From NCBI GenBank assembly GCA_036172245.1, contig JAYWIR010000013.1:2170001-2234000 (forward strand): 64,000 nt of DNA. Reading direction: 5' to 3'. Made by a program: the position numbers and the translations under genes. Numbering within the stretch: the stretch's first letter is position 1; each line of letters starts with the position of its first letter. The notes beneath the pieces are model-generated. The model was not told the origin of the DNA and searched no databases. It saw nothing but the letters and a program-made list of their open reading frames with translations. Positions 23,801-43,900 of this stretch are shown here, piece by piece. This stretch comes from Raillietiella orientalis. Lineage: Eukaryota.

Positions 23801-26800
23801 CCTAGTATGGCGCATTCTTAAAAGGGTTGCGGGGCTGGAGTTCAATGCCCGCACAACATCCGATTCAAAGTGACACACAGAGGAATTTCGTCTGCATGCT
23901 ATGTGAAGCTGCAACGGATCCTCGTGGATTCTCCTCACACTAGTAATGTGAAGCTGGATCAGGATCTCAAATCCCGTGGCAGCATCTGCGTTGCACGTCC
24001 AGACTTCTTTCGCATAGCTCCGAAACAGCAGTTAATCTTCCCCAAAACTTGGACCCCTCAGCCTCATCGAGCTCTTAGAATTCCAGAGATCACCGCAGCG
24101 TCTGCTTCCGATGGCGTTCCCCGTCCTGCGACCTCAGAGCCTGAAGTGTGGTCTCGTGCCTCGGGTTTTCTCGCTCTCCATCTCGTGATGCACTCCAAAC
24201 CAGTGCACTTCCCCTAATAGCTAAGCCCATGATGATCTATCCTTATCATTTTGCATGTACACAAAAAAACAAGCTTATCCCTGATTTATTACGCATTAAT
24301 AATTAGAAATATTAATTTGCCAGCATATCACCTCTAAATAAAGTTTAACCATATTTTATTACACTTAGCAATAACTTAATTTAACTCATTAACATTCGAA
24401 TATTAAATATGAATTTTTAATGAATTTTACTCTGATACAAAAGATAATTGATTTTAATACTTTATTACTATTTACTTAAATGCTTTAAGTAAATAGTAAT
24501 AAAGTCACCGTTAAGACCGAAATGCTGTTCCTTTCCGCGTGCAGGGGTTCGTTTCTTCTGTGCCCACTGTCGTCTTGTGCTCCTCAACCACCGCGTCCCT
24601 TCCCGACGTCTTGACACATCACGATTTTGAATTCGCTTCATGACCCGAGTTTCCCCCTTACGAACGGCTGCATTCCTTGACTTTGAGTGTCTTCGTCCCT
24701 CGAGATTCCAAAGCAAAAGGCGAAGCAAAAAATGGGAAGCGGTCCAGCGCAGCAACAGCGCCTCTGCAGAAACGCGTCTGCGTGGACGTTGTCCCGTTTT
24801 TTAAGGAAACGGTCGAAAGAGACGTGAAGAGGAAAACGGAAGGAGATTCGCAATTGAAGACCGAGCACCGCACGTGATGCACCGTCGAGACACGGCGGAT
24901 GAGATGGGAGGGAGGGGATTTACGGAGCCCACGTCGTAGAGCGCGTCCTCGACCGCACTTCTAAGGGTGACCTCTATCGAACACACTAATACCAAATACA
25001 TCACCGCATGCCAGTCCTCGGGTGAGTCCGCTCGCTCGCAGTTCTTGGGGAGGAGGATGCTTCGCCCACCACTTTCGTAGCGTACACATTTGACAGCATT
25101 AGCATTCGGAAGCGCGGTTTCGTGTGAGCGCCTGCGGAGCCTCCAGCAGCGGAAAGATTCTAGAAGATGCCACTTCTCCATCCTTATTGGCTTCCTCTTG
25201 AAATTCAACATTCCTTTCTGATCTCAGGCAGGCGCAAATAAAAAACTTCAGAGAAACAAACCTCTGTGTCACGAGACCGAAAGTCGTTTTTTTCGATCCC
25301 TGTGCCCATTTTTACACCAATCAAAATGAGGAAGCTAAGGCTACGAACTCTTTTTCTTCGTTCCAAGATTTTCTTTGAAGAAAATGTAGCGCCATAGTCA
25401 TGCAGTGCAACCTTCCATATGAAACATCATGCCCTTCCTATCAGAAAAAGAAGTTCTTTTGCTTCAATGCCCCTATGAACTCACGCTTACTTTTAACATT
25501 AACTACTGTATTTTGTAAGTATTTGAGGTACAACTTCGTGCAATTCTATGAAGTTCCGTGGCTCTGGGCTCCACAAGCACGTGGGGGCAAAGAATGCTCC
25601 ACATTTCCACTTCCGAGGAGTGGTGCGCCTCACGCAACGTGGTCCAACTGCACAATATTCCTTTTTCGACCACTTCTGCCGAAGTACAAACAAGTAAATC
25701 AAAAAAAGATCTTGGATTCAATTCAGTGCTCATCGTTTCATATGCCAAAGTGTTCTTTGTGAAACACGTGAGTGTTTAGCACATGACTAATGCTGGGTTT
25801 CAAGCCGCACTTTCGTCAGGACAAAAACAAAGTGCGACCAGCAGCGAAACATGAAAGAAATCTCATAGAACCCACCTTGCTCATACTTGCCAAAAGAATA
25901 GAAGCAAAGCAATGATGAAAGCTAGAAGATTGTCAGATCTTTGGAAAACTTCAATCCTGTCCTCCAGTATCAATTTCTTGGCATTCCTGTATTAGCGACA
26001 GTCGTTGAAATTCGAGTGTGAATTTCACGCCCAACTGCAAATGATTTTGCACCGTATTGGCATCTCTCGCGATGGCGAGAGGCATATGGCATGCAAAGAC
26101 AGGCAGATTAAAAAAAAAAAGAATCAGGTAACCTGGATGAGTCCAAGATCAGAACTCATTCTCTCTTTCCCTAAAACAAATTTAGCAGAGTAAGGAACCA
26201 ATAAGCCTGCGGATTTCCAAAGGCGCCCACACTTTTCTAATACGCTCTCACAGGAGTCAGTACATGTCTTCCTTGATTATGATATTGCAGACAAGATAGA
26301 AAATACCTCCGTTTCTAACTATCGAATGAATCGTTCTATCGCCGCAGGTAAGGGGAACAGTCAAATTTCTCTTTCACGCCGCTTCTGAAAATTCCTCGGA
26401 AAACTTATGACCCCTTTCCAAGAGATACGGGGATAATGAAATATTCCCTGAAGACAGCAGAAAGATACCAGTATCTGTTGATTTAATTTTTTATGCACTG
26501 ACAGGCAATTCACATTTTCCATGCATGTTTCCTCATAGAATTACAGATTCCTGACTTCATATACTGAATCCTACGCATCATCATCAAATGTCTCGGCTGA
26601 GCACTAGTACGTTTATGTTTCAGCAATAGCACGACTGTTTGTCATTCAAGTACACATTAGATGAGAATTCTAAAACATTCCATCGTAAGAAGAAATTTAT
26701 GTGATAAAATTCTGCAATGCAGCATTTCGAATATAGGATCAGGTTGAAGATTTGGATCCAAGAAAAAGGTCAAAAAACGAAAATTTTTTGCACAAACAAC

Positions 26801-27608
26801 CAACACAGGTCCTTCCCAAACGAATCAAGTCATTTTTAAGACTAATATCCAGGGGCCTACCACGATACATTTTTTATTGAAATTCAACTTTCTGGAGCTG
26901 TATATAGCCTAACTAGAGATTATAAAGTTTACTTAATCGGATTCAAGTCATTTCACACTCGAAAGATCAAAATCCCTTATGCTTTAGAATCATCAGAAAA
27001 AATATTTAGAAGGATCTCTTACTTGTATTGGTTATACTCATACTGGTCATATTACTCATATTATTACCATAATTATATGTACTCCATTGGTTTCATCTCT
27101 TGTTGAAATCACTGACTGATGATTAACAGAAGATATTTCAAAGTATATCTATCAACTGAATGAACGAAATCAAGGGGGTCGCCATTATAGTAGAGAGAAT
27201 AATTAGACAAAAACATGATTTCTAGAAACGAACCCCCTCACATTTTGACTATGCTCATTTTATTTCAAAAAATAGAACGTTTATTTCTTCCCTATCATTT
27301 GAGTAATACCCCGCTACTCTAATAGAATTTTTCGCATTCTTTAACTGAAGTGTGGACAAATCAATCCAAGTCAAATGCGGGAGTTCAATAGCTTTCTTAG
27401 AGCATGATGAAATATCTCGTATTTTAAATTACATTGCATAAATATAGTTCGAAAGAATACTTTACTATCATTTATCTTATTATAGTAAAAAAATTCACCT
27501 TCTAAGTTACAAAATCTAACGACGACCGAAGTGGTATTTAATAAGATTACACGTTTCAAAATGGAAATGCTGTGAATGGAGACCTGAGAACCTTAGCAAC
27601 CAATGGAA

Positions 27609-27745
27609 AACCGGAAGTAAAGCTAGTGTGGGCACGGTTTTGCAAATACGAATGCATCGCATTGAAGGAAGTAAACATATTTCGAAACATAAAAAAAGGT
27701 ACAGAATTTGCTTTACATAACAGTAATATTATTATTCCTTTTCGT
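27609..27745 (+). promoter_or_regulatory. Putative RpS15A promoter: ETS/GABP-type site plus a polypyrimidine (TCT/5'TOP-like) initiator
   Basis: CCGGAAGT at 27611-27618 and TTCCTTTTC at 27735-27743. These are followed by a probable 5' UTR intron (GTACGC at 27801 to TTACAG at 27846) just upstream of the ATG. Both motifs are typical of animal ribosomal protein promoters. Confidence 0.5.
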
Positions 27746-27859
27746 GTGTTGTTTCTCTGTGTTCCTGTTCCAAATCTTATTGTATACAGATGTGTGAAAT
27801 GTACGCGTGTGCCCATGTTTGGCTCCAATTTTAATTTTCTTTACAGATTTGTTGGTTAG

Positions 27860-28995
<1,136 letters not shown>

Positions 28996-29087
28996 AAAGA
29001 TAGCATTAAATAAGTAAGAACCATATATACTTGGAAGTTTTATTTCTGTATTACATACAAAATGCTGTGATGAAGGCAACTTCATTT

Positions 29088-34263
<5,176 letters not shown>

Positions 34264-37200
34264 CACATATCACTTACGAAAAATTTCTCCAAGTTAAAAG
34301 CATAAAATGCCAGTTTGGAATGCTAATAGTTCCGACGTATAAGCAGGTGTTTAAACAAAACATAACTAATAGCACCCCCTAAACAGCACACGCGAGTCTT
34401 CATTTCAACATACGGAGGTTCGAATGGAAAAATTCTCACCGGAGAGCTACCAAAGTCAAAATTGGATTAAAAAAGTTTGAATTTGATTCGAAGTACAATG
34501 CTTAAATTTAGGAATAAATTATACTCATTGAATCAAACGTTTCAAAACTATTAATTCTCTGAATTTGAGGTCCAAAGGTTTCCAACGAATTCTTTTTTAC
34601 TATTATTAACAAATCATTACAATTTAATATATGTTTGTGAAATATCAATAAAACATTTGTATTTGCCAGCTGATTCAAAATTCACGTAGACATTATCTAG
34701 ATAAAATACTATTTTCTAAAAATCCTTAAACATCGGAGGGATCCATATGCTTTAGTGACAGTAATGCGTTAAATTTAAAGCAAGTTTCGTTAAATTTTGA
34801 AATTTGGTTTTCTATTTATTCTAATTTATTTTAATATCTATAACCATTCGTATAACTTGTTTGTGTTCTAATAAAAATATCATGTAGTATGTGATAGAAA
34901 TATATTAATTCGATTTCTAAGATTTCTCAGACTTTCGATTTCTAAGCTTCAGAATACAGGATTCTTTAATTAGCAGCTTGTTAAGATTTTGAATAACAAT
35001 TTCTATTCATCCCGAGTCTAAGCAATTTCTTGGTATTATGCTTAAATTTTAAATTAAAAAAGACCAGTGATTTTAAACCAGAGTTCCCTTGTTTAGGAAA
35101 GTGAAGTGTAATGACCTCAGAAAGATGTCCATGTGAATTATCTAGAAGTTACAAAAGCAAAGTTTATTAGTTGCATCATGTGTTCATTATCTTTCTGAAG
35201 ATTACAGTCGACATATTCATTCTATAGCACTAAGAAAAAGAATGCATCCATTTTTTTACTTCGTTCTTTGATGGATGAGGTTTATTTATTTGAAAATAAT
35301 GATGGATTTGATGCTTTTGTAGTGATTTTGTCTTTCAAGTACAAGAACACCATTCGATATTTTGTTTTCTTCACTATGATTTTGTTAAGTCTTGTTCCTG
35401 TGTAGGTAAAATATAAAACTGACTAATACAAAAATCAAATAAAGGCCAAATCTAATCTTTGGGGTTCCAACTAAAGCGATATATAACCTTTTCTAACGTT
35501 TTTCTAACAGGCAAAAGGCAAAAATGATGGAAAGATCCTCAGGAGAAAACTAGCATTTAAGAGACTAATTCAGAGCAAGCCGATGTTCTGACCCTCAACT
35601 CTAGATTATTCAGATCTCTAATTATTCTTTCTATCAGTGATAACAGACTCCCTGGAATGAATGCAACCGGAATATAAATAGTGCCTGTTGGTAAGAGATG
35701 TTTCTGAAATGATCCGTAACCAGAAGATTTGATTCTGTCTTCTGGTCTTATATGATCAGAAGGAATGATAGTTGGAAACACTGACTGAAGCAATTTATTT
35801 TTTCTGGTTACAGGTGTTTTTTCCCCCCAGAAAAAGTTCAACCAGATTGTAATATAAGGACCAAATTCTGTCTTAGAAGTTTCTCTCAGACAGGAGTCTT
35901 CCCCAGACTCTCTTATGACTCCTATGATGGTAATGGAGATTATGTATAAAGTAAATGCGCACGTAGTTATTTGAAAGAAGGGAAACAGAAAGGCGAGGAA
36001 GTCATCAATTGATTAACAAGAAAAGAGAAGACAAATTCTGACGGGGAATATTCGGTCAATTTAATATATTTGGATATATATAATCGAGCTACATGGCTTA
36101 TCAAAAACCTCATTAATCAAATCTCGTCCTAATCATTGCATAAATCAATCGAACAGAATGTATTGAAGGAATATAAAAATTTTCATTTCCTCTCCAACAA
36201 AATATTCAATACACAGTTTTACTCCTTCCCTTAGGAAGATAATTCTCGTGCTAAACGAGGTGTTTGTAAAAATCTACTAGTGAATGCACCAAGTCTCTTC
36301 TCTTTCCTCATGATGTAAAAAGCATCTACTATTCCACAATGACATGAAAGAACACGAAAATCGGATAGGACTACAGTTGGTTTACTGATGTTGTTTAATG
36401 ATGTCGAGACAAGGTATGTGGTAAATATTCCAAATCATGAAAAGCACGCCTGGAGGATCCGCTCTAGGAGAAAACTTCAAAGAGTTCTTAGAAAAGTGAC
36501 AACATAGAATCTCATTCTATGTGGCAGTACAAAATCTTTAGAAACCAAATAACTGGAAATTATCGAAACCGATTAAAATTGAGGACCTGGCTCGAGCTTT
36601 TCATAAAAGATCAACTAAATTCACATTTGACGCAAGTTTTAGTTTGTACGTACTTGGCAGTTATAATGTACATGACCACTGTGTGGTACTTTCCAGAACC
36701 CGGGCTATAAAAGTACGGGTCAGTGCTAACTTTAATAAGGAGGAGTTTCGATTTCATGCTAAACTTTACTTAAGCGCTCTGTAGGTGGGTAGAGTGTTGT
36801 TTTATTGCAAATATAAAATTTTTTACAGGGTACATGTAACAACGCCAAATTCAAAGTGAATGAGGGAGGTATAATCCAAAAGTCATTATGACTTGTAAAC
36901 AAGGTTTGATAAAGCCATTAAGAAATCGATTTCATTGATCTCCTCCTAGAGTAAGACACAGCTTTTCTGCAGCACATTCGTAGGTTATAACGATGGTAAT
37001 GTAACGAACACATGGTGAGGCAGCTAGGTTTCTCTTGACCTCTCTCTTGCTCGAATAGCAAATCAGAAATATTTAACAGTAGAGGTAATCGAAGTAACAC
37101 AAATGTTGAATCCTCATTTCTATCGAGTTAGCAGTTAGCACTCTGCATATTAAAACTTCTGCTTATTAGTCAGTCGACCCTTGTTGCAAACTTGTGGAAC

Positions 37201-39469
37201 GAACAAGTGGAACGAGCTATTAATTTTTTTTTTTTCTTCAGGCTGAAAGTGAGATGCATTTTTGGCTGGATCGTCTGTCATGTAATACCGTTTCATGATC
37301 TCTGAAGTGTCAAGGTTGCCAGCAATGCGAGGTTCGCCTTACATCTGCCAAATACATGCAGCTTCCCCATTTCTTTTTATCCAATACTGACTTTAGTAGA
37401 GTGGGACAGTCTTTTCTTTATCATCCTTCAACTCATTCGAAGTGCCGAGACTGAGTTCACATGTCGTCTAAGATTGAGAGCTGACTTGACAAAAGCCAAA
37501 GGATGTAAGCATAGCGAGAGTTCATTCAGAGTTTTATCACGAATGTTTCTACCCAAAAGTATCACAGCTCGTGTGGCAATAACCAAAAAAATGAACTATG
37601 CATCTAGTTTACTTATGCAAGTGCACGAGTACTCCTCAATAAACCCAAGAATCCGCTAGTGATCAATACCTACTCCATGAGGAGATCAATGCAATGCTGC
37701 AATGCTGGAAGAGCTCATGCCCGCAAGCTTTGCACGACTTTCTCCTTGTCCTTGTTGCTATTCGGAAACTGAAAAAGGTGACCAGAAGTCGAAATTCTGT
37801 TTTCAACAGAGACACTGACAAGGAGAAACGATGGCCACTTACGAATTACATGACTAAGAGGAGCTTGGGAAAAGCGAAACTCCTTCCTAGACGGCGAAGC
37901 GATGAAGCAGCAAATCGAAAGGGTTGATTTCAAAGAGCAGTGTTTCAAAGAACGTCCTGAAAGTTGCGTTTTGAAGATCAAACTAACCACTATTACCGAG
38001 GAAGTTAAAAAAACAAAGAAAGAAGAATGGCAGGAGTCAAATAATATGAACAACGGTTTGTAAAATAGGTATTATCATACATTTCAACTTTGTACGGAAC
38101 TGCTTGCGTTGGCTCTCTTGTTCACCCACTTTTAAATGACGCCAAATGCGCTTTACTTTTTCTTATTGGATTATGGAATGCTCTGAAGGTTTCACTCGGC
38201 ACAGATGTTGCTTTATTCGAGGGACTCTTGCTAGCGAACTGAGCCGCAATAGTACCTCAGTATTTGTGTCAATGCTGTGGTGGGTGGTTTGGCAGCTTCG
38301 GGGGTGATCGGATGGCACTGAAGGAGTAAATTACGACGGGGAAAATCGGAAAGATACGATTCGCCACATCCATCTGTGATTTCCGTATTTCTTGTTTCCT
38401 GCATGAAACATGTCTTCGAATTCTACGCACCTAAGAACAAGCGCTTTGAAAAGAGCTCGCAAAGAATGGGAATGAATGAGGTCATCATTCCGCGAGTCTT
38501 CTATCCGCACCTAGATCCTTCAAACGTGCTTCCTCGCTCAAATCTCCGAAATGTTCATGGCGAAAGCCTGCTGCCGCCTTGCACTGCTCAGTTTCTAAGC
38601 AGGAAACGTTTCCTTCCAGCTTTGGGCTGGACCATCGGAACAAGAAAAGCAAAAGCCTGTATCCCCTTTACAAGGTCGTGTGGATGGAAATTCTTGCAGC
38701 GACGGCTGATAATCTCGAATGTCAGTGAAATGCAGCCACGTGCGATTTCTTGGAAGACAAAACAAAATCGAGGCAACTGGAGGTGCATGTGCAGAGAGAG
38801 AAGTGTGTGAACAACTGTCAGGCTGGACAACGTCAATTATCCGTCCCACTGCACTGGAGTTTTTCTGCAGATTGATACAGTATAGTTGCAAAAGAAACGA
38901 CTGCCATTGCAGGTGAGGACACTTTCACTAGGGGCGACCTCGTTTCAGGTGCACTTGAATTAAAGCGCCGAGACCGGAGAGCAGCGGAAGCTGACTTTTC
39001 GTGGCAACGGACCGCACGTTGGCGCACTTCACACGGTGACGATGGGGCCGCTTGAGAAGCGGGTCCGCCAGCTTTACGTCACTCTCATTAATCAATAATA
39101 ACGCAAGTTTATTATAATCTTGTCTTCTCGCAACTCGTCTTCGAGAAGCTTCTCCGGGGCGCCCGCAAACGCTTTTCTTGCTCGGAGTTTCCCGTGCAAA
39201 GGTTAAAACAGGTGTTGCCAGACAAAATGTTCGAACCACAACGTACTATTCGAATGCAATGCTTTGATTCCATGCACCAGCAGATAGGATGATGACAAGA
39301 TACTTGGAAGACGTTTGCTATGAGGATGAGGATGTTCCTTCGAGGGACTGGGAGTCAAACTTGCAATCGATCGAACGATTGGCCACGGCAAACGTAAATG
39401 CAATCATTTACTAATACATCTGTATGTATTGCATTTGTTCGCAATTGTATGTATGTTCGTATTCGCAAT

Positions 39470-39505
39470 TGTATGTTCCCTGGATGGGAATCCTGGGAAC
39501 ATACA
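39470..39505. repeat. Inverted repeat / hairpin with a GGGA loop
   Basis: TGTATGTTCCC-T-GGAT-ggga-ATCC-T-GGGAACATACA. It abuts a direct duplication of TTCGCAATTGTATGT (39438-39452 and 39462-39476). Confidence 0.8.
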
Positions 39506-39769
39506 TCCTGGATCGTCGATCCCAGTGGTGGAAGAAGTTTGAACTTTTCGTCCTTAGGTAGCTCATAGCTGATGTATAGAACAGCAGTTTCTTTACAAAT
39601 GCGTGGACGCTTACGTTTCTGTATGGCCCCTCGCAATACGGATGATCACTAATAAGCAGCAAACGGAGAGATCAATCTGAGGAAGATGATGATGGTGAAA
39701 TGAACAAGGGATTTACTTACCAATAAGAAGTATCCAACAGGGAGGATTTTTCTCATGTCTGCTTTCAGG

Positions 39770-40900
39770 TCAGTCACAAGTGGCCACGACCTCGAGGAAC
39801 GGATCCTCGAAGTCACTTCGCAGGACCAGCAGGTGGAGGAGGTCCAGAGAGAGTTCACGCCCTGAGCGATCAAGGCGTAGTTTTCGTTCCCCTGAAGGTG
39901 ACATCGTGACCAAACTGACTCGTCCGGCCAGGCAAAGGCTTCTGGCCGGACGAGACGGACATTGGAGCCAGGTGGTGCCAGGATAGCCGCGATGGGTCTC
40001 TCCGCGCAAGTCCTTCCAGAGGGAGGAGGTGCGCCCTTTCCCCTGCTCCCCCGCGAGGGCCAGCGGAAGGGCGCGTGCGTCCTGCGCGGGGCGCCTCTGC
40101 GTGCCAAGGGCCCGTAGAGGGTTGCCCAGCGACTGTTGGTCAATCCACGCTCGGAGAGACTGGAGCGGGGCGAAGGCGCAGAGTATGCGCGGTGCGGAAG
40201 AAAGGGTGCCCTCGTCGTCGCACGTCCCCAGGTGCTGTGCCCCCTCAACCCTGCAGGAGCAACGGCGACCTCGCAGCCCGGATGGAAAGGGCCACCCGGG
40301 AACTTGGGGTGCTGCCGACTCCCAGCCCGCCTCCACACCCACGGCCTGCTCGGACGGAGTTCCGACCCGGTGTCCCGGGGCGAGAAATGTCCACCGGAGA
40401 GTGGGAGGCCTGTCCTTGCGAGAAGGCAGCAGTAGTTTCTGGGGCTCCAAGGCAACGGAAGGGGAGCGGAGGATCGCAGGCGGTCCTCCATTTCTCCTCC
40501 GGCCCTGGCGCTCGCCGTGGGGCTCTCGGTATGTCCAGATGTAGGGGAGCGAAGAGCTGAAGACCGCCTTGGGACCAATTGGGAGGAGAAGCACTTCGGG
40601 GGAGGAGGGTTCGTGGGGGGCGTTACTCCCGGAGAAAAGGGTGGGAAACTCGGAGCATCTGGACCGCTGGAAGAGTCTGGACGAGGCAGAGGGAGCGAGG
40701 TTACGCGTGGGGACTCCACGCGCTTGAAGGGGAATCGCCTCCGGCTCAACACCCATCCCTTGTCGCGGAGCACCCGGGTCGAGGGAGCACCGTGCCTTCC
40801 CTCGGGAGGCTTCGGAGCGTTTCCTGTTCCACAGAGAACTCCTGCTCCTCTTCGCAAGCGGAAAAGGATTCGTTAGGCGCGACCCGACCTTCCTCCTAGA
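39770..40900 (+). mobile_element. Possible highly degenerate Ty3/Gypsy pol (integrase-side) relic
   Basis: Stop-interrupted plus-strand peptides occur in the expected order: HDLEERILEVTSQDQQVEEVQ (39785), GRLCVPRARR...H (about 40089), ELKTAL...SWGALLPE (40554) and ERFLFHRELL (about 40815). They loosely resemble the RNaseH-integrase linker, the pre-HHCC 'RLCVP' motif and the integrase C-terminal core. No DDE triad, LTR or PBS was seen, and the motif spacing is imperfect. Confidence 0.2.
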
Positions 40901-43900
40901 CCAGGAAGGACGCTGATCTCCTGGGGAGAAGACAAGGAAGAGAGGGAGGTCGCGACCTGAACGAACGTCGCGCCAGCAACCAGAACGGAGGTCGCGGAAA
41001 GTCACAACGGGCTGCAGACGCAGGTCAAGAGGGAATAGGCATTCCGAGAAGAGGTTCAGAACCAATGTAGTGTCCGGGATCGGAGAAAGGAGGCGATCCA
41101 AGCCGGCCGCAGGTCGTCCCTGAGAGTCCGGAGGAAAGAAGGCCAGAGGGTTGGGATCACGCGAGGACGACCGGCGACGCATCTGAAGGAACGTCTGCAT
41201 CAGCAAGCGCGTCGCTCGCAGCATTCTTGGAGTACGGGGGACGACAGACTGCTGGCAAAATTTGAACCCGTGAGGCACGCCAGGAAGGACATGGCCAACC
41301 CCGGAGAAATCCCTGGCGTTCCTACGGGGGAAGATGAGATGGGTCACTCTCCGCGCTGCGAGAACCTTCGAGATCTCAGCCTCGTCGTGGGGCCAAGCCG
41401 AAGAGGCGAGAAGGTCCCTTTTCTCCTTCATCCGCTTGCATCTCCTCCCTTTGAGACCGACGACATTCTGATAGTCCGACGTCGCGGTGGCATCAGTAGC
41501 AAGCATCGGTTGAGCCATCTGAGTCGCAGTGAGCGTCCTCCGGGACCCACAGCCTTTCCTGAGGATCACGAGGAGGGGACGGTGTCACTGCGTAGACAGT
41601 GGACCATCCCCGCGATGCCGCAGCCCCATAGAACAGTAACGCAAAGCCAATTGCGGATGAAACTACCCACTCAATTTGGTAGAAGGGGGAGGGAACACTG
41701 CGTTCGGCGAGCGCGACGGCTGAAGGTCAAGCTGGCATTCCAGGGTTACCAGGCATCCCGAACGAATGGTTCCTGCACCCAGCCTTCAACCTTCCAGCCA
41801 GTCGGGCAAGTGTCCGGCCAGATAGGGAGAGGGAAGGGGGATCCCGAATCCACAGCAAGTTCCCTTCTATAATATGACGTGGCGGGGCCGCGCTTCCACA
41901 GCGGGCGTTCTCATCGGAGAGAAAGGAGGGCAAGTTGTGGATCCAAAGGCACGCTGGGAACTCCGGAGCGCAGGGTCCCGCCGCCTTCCAGCGATACGCG
42001 AGAGAAACAGCAAGAATCTGTGTTCAGACGCAGGCAGACAAAGCAGATCCTACCGTGGCGCATCAACGCCTCGGAAAGCCCGCTCCGGTGGTTAGTGGAC
42101 GATGGCGGGCTGTCGGGAAACCGGGAACGCGTTCCTTCTTCATCCTGCCTTTTCGCGCGGTAATGGAGGAACAGTCCTTTGTCCACACCCGGAAATAGCG
42201 ATCGGTAAACGCCAGGATCCTGGAACTTTGCCGCTTGTTTTCGTTTTCCGTGATTGTCTCGTGCATGTCCTTCGTGACGCCCCGAAGGTCAAGCGATGAA
42301 AACCAAGTGGGACCGGGAAGGCTGCCTGCCGTCTTGCTCCCCTTCCTCCCAGGCTCGCGAACGGCAAGCATTCGAGAGGGTGGACCGGCGAGCGAAGACT
42401 CTCGGGACGGCGCGTGCAGAGATCTGAGATGCCGGAGGATTGGAGCACCATCGAAGCCGGCATCTGCGTAATCCAACACCGCAAACACCCACAACGCGTG
42501 TTACTCCTCCTCCACTGATTTCTCTCAACGAGGCACGCGCGAACGAACCTGAATTTCATTTTGCGTGCGATGCGCACGTGCGAACTGCACCGCGGACCAG
42601 TCGGATGCCACACGAGATGACGGCTGTGTGTACGTTCGAGAGTCGAATCTTGGATCAAAAGGCATCGATACTGCAGGAGCTTTTACCAAGCTGCGCGACG
42701 ATGGCTCCACGAATCGTCGTAAAGGCACACAAGAACACAGACCAACGCTCGAATGCTGAAGAACGTTCCAAAGTGGCGAATTCCCCTCGGTTGTTTCGGC
42801 AATCCAAATTGCAATCCAAAGGTGTTGCGATGACATTAGTCCGCCTTTCGGAACCGCTCTGGACAACTCGGGTCAGGTCATCGGAAGGGAGCACATGTAC
42901 TTTTCTTTTTACAACTACAGAGTTTTTGTGACTGCAAGGAAACACAGCGAAAATCTCTTCTGCGGTCAATTCCGCCATTTTGATTCAGTGGTATCGTTTC
43001 CGTTGCCTACAGATCGCAGCTCCCCATACTGAATCCATTCGCTATAGTAGCTACAGAGTTCGAATGTAGAGGAATTGCGAACAAGTAAATAAAGGGGCTA
43101 GTAAATAAAAAAGTCTTTTTATTGCTGATAAAAGACATCTTTTCGAAGAACTCGAACCTGCAATGTTACGAACCCAGCCAAATCATCCATCATTCACTAA
43201 CTGCAGCTAGAGTGGATCTTCATTCCTTTTTTTTTTTTGTTCTTTCTCGTTTCCCGTCCATTTTCTGCGTCGGAAATGACGCAATAATGGAATGGGTCTC
43301 CTCTTCCTCGAACGAAACGCTTCGCGATGACGTATGTTCCTCCATTGCGTAAGTCCTCCCCCCCCTCGGCGCGTGGATCCGGAGAACGCCTCTGGGCGCG
43401 CAAGCCGAGATGGCAGCGACTCTTCTTTCCTCAACTTTCCCTCCGGCACTGGGCAGACGTTGCTGGCACGCAATGCGGACGACCCACATTTTCCCTAATA
43501 AACGAGCGTCTCCGGCGTTTCCCCGTTCTGTTTTGCAGGTGGTTGCCCGCTTGATCATGGGATGGGACCCATTTCTCCCAGTTCCCCAGCCTGGCGAAGG
43601 ACGAGAAGGAGAAGACGCATGCCTGCCGCTGTTCCGATGGCTATTCATTCCCACTTATGGACAGGATGCTTAGGGAGGGGGTGAACGGTGAAACTTCGAA
43701 CCGAAGCCACTCGATCGGGATTTCGCTCCCCGAGGTGTTCAAAGGTCCGACTCTCTATCGATCCAACATTTAGATGGGCATTCGTACGGTTGCAAAGTGC
43801 TGGTGGTAAGAAAGAGTTTGCACGATCGCGTGTACATAGAACACGTCACATCCTTCGTACAAAGACTGTGAACACTGACCAGTAACAGCAGTAAGTTACT

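Noticed and set aside
34410..34430. GGTTCGAAT resembling a tRNA/SINE B box (similar motif near 43057)
   Set aside because: There is no A box, cloverleaf or poly-T terminator.
38928..39239. Minus-strand 103-aa ORF vaguely like the end of a retrotransposon RNase H
   Set aside because: It lacks the diagnostic DHKPL, RW and N-x-x-ADALSR residues.
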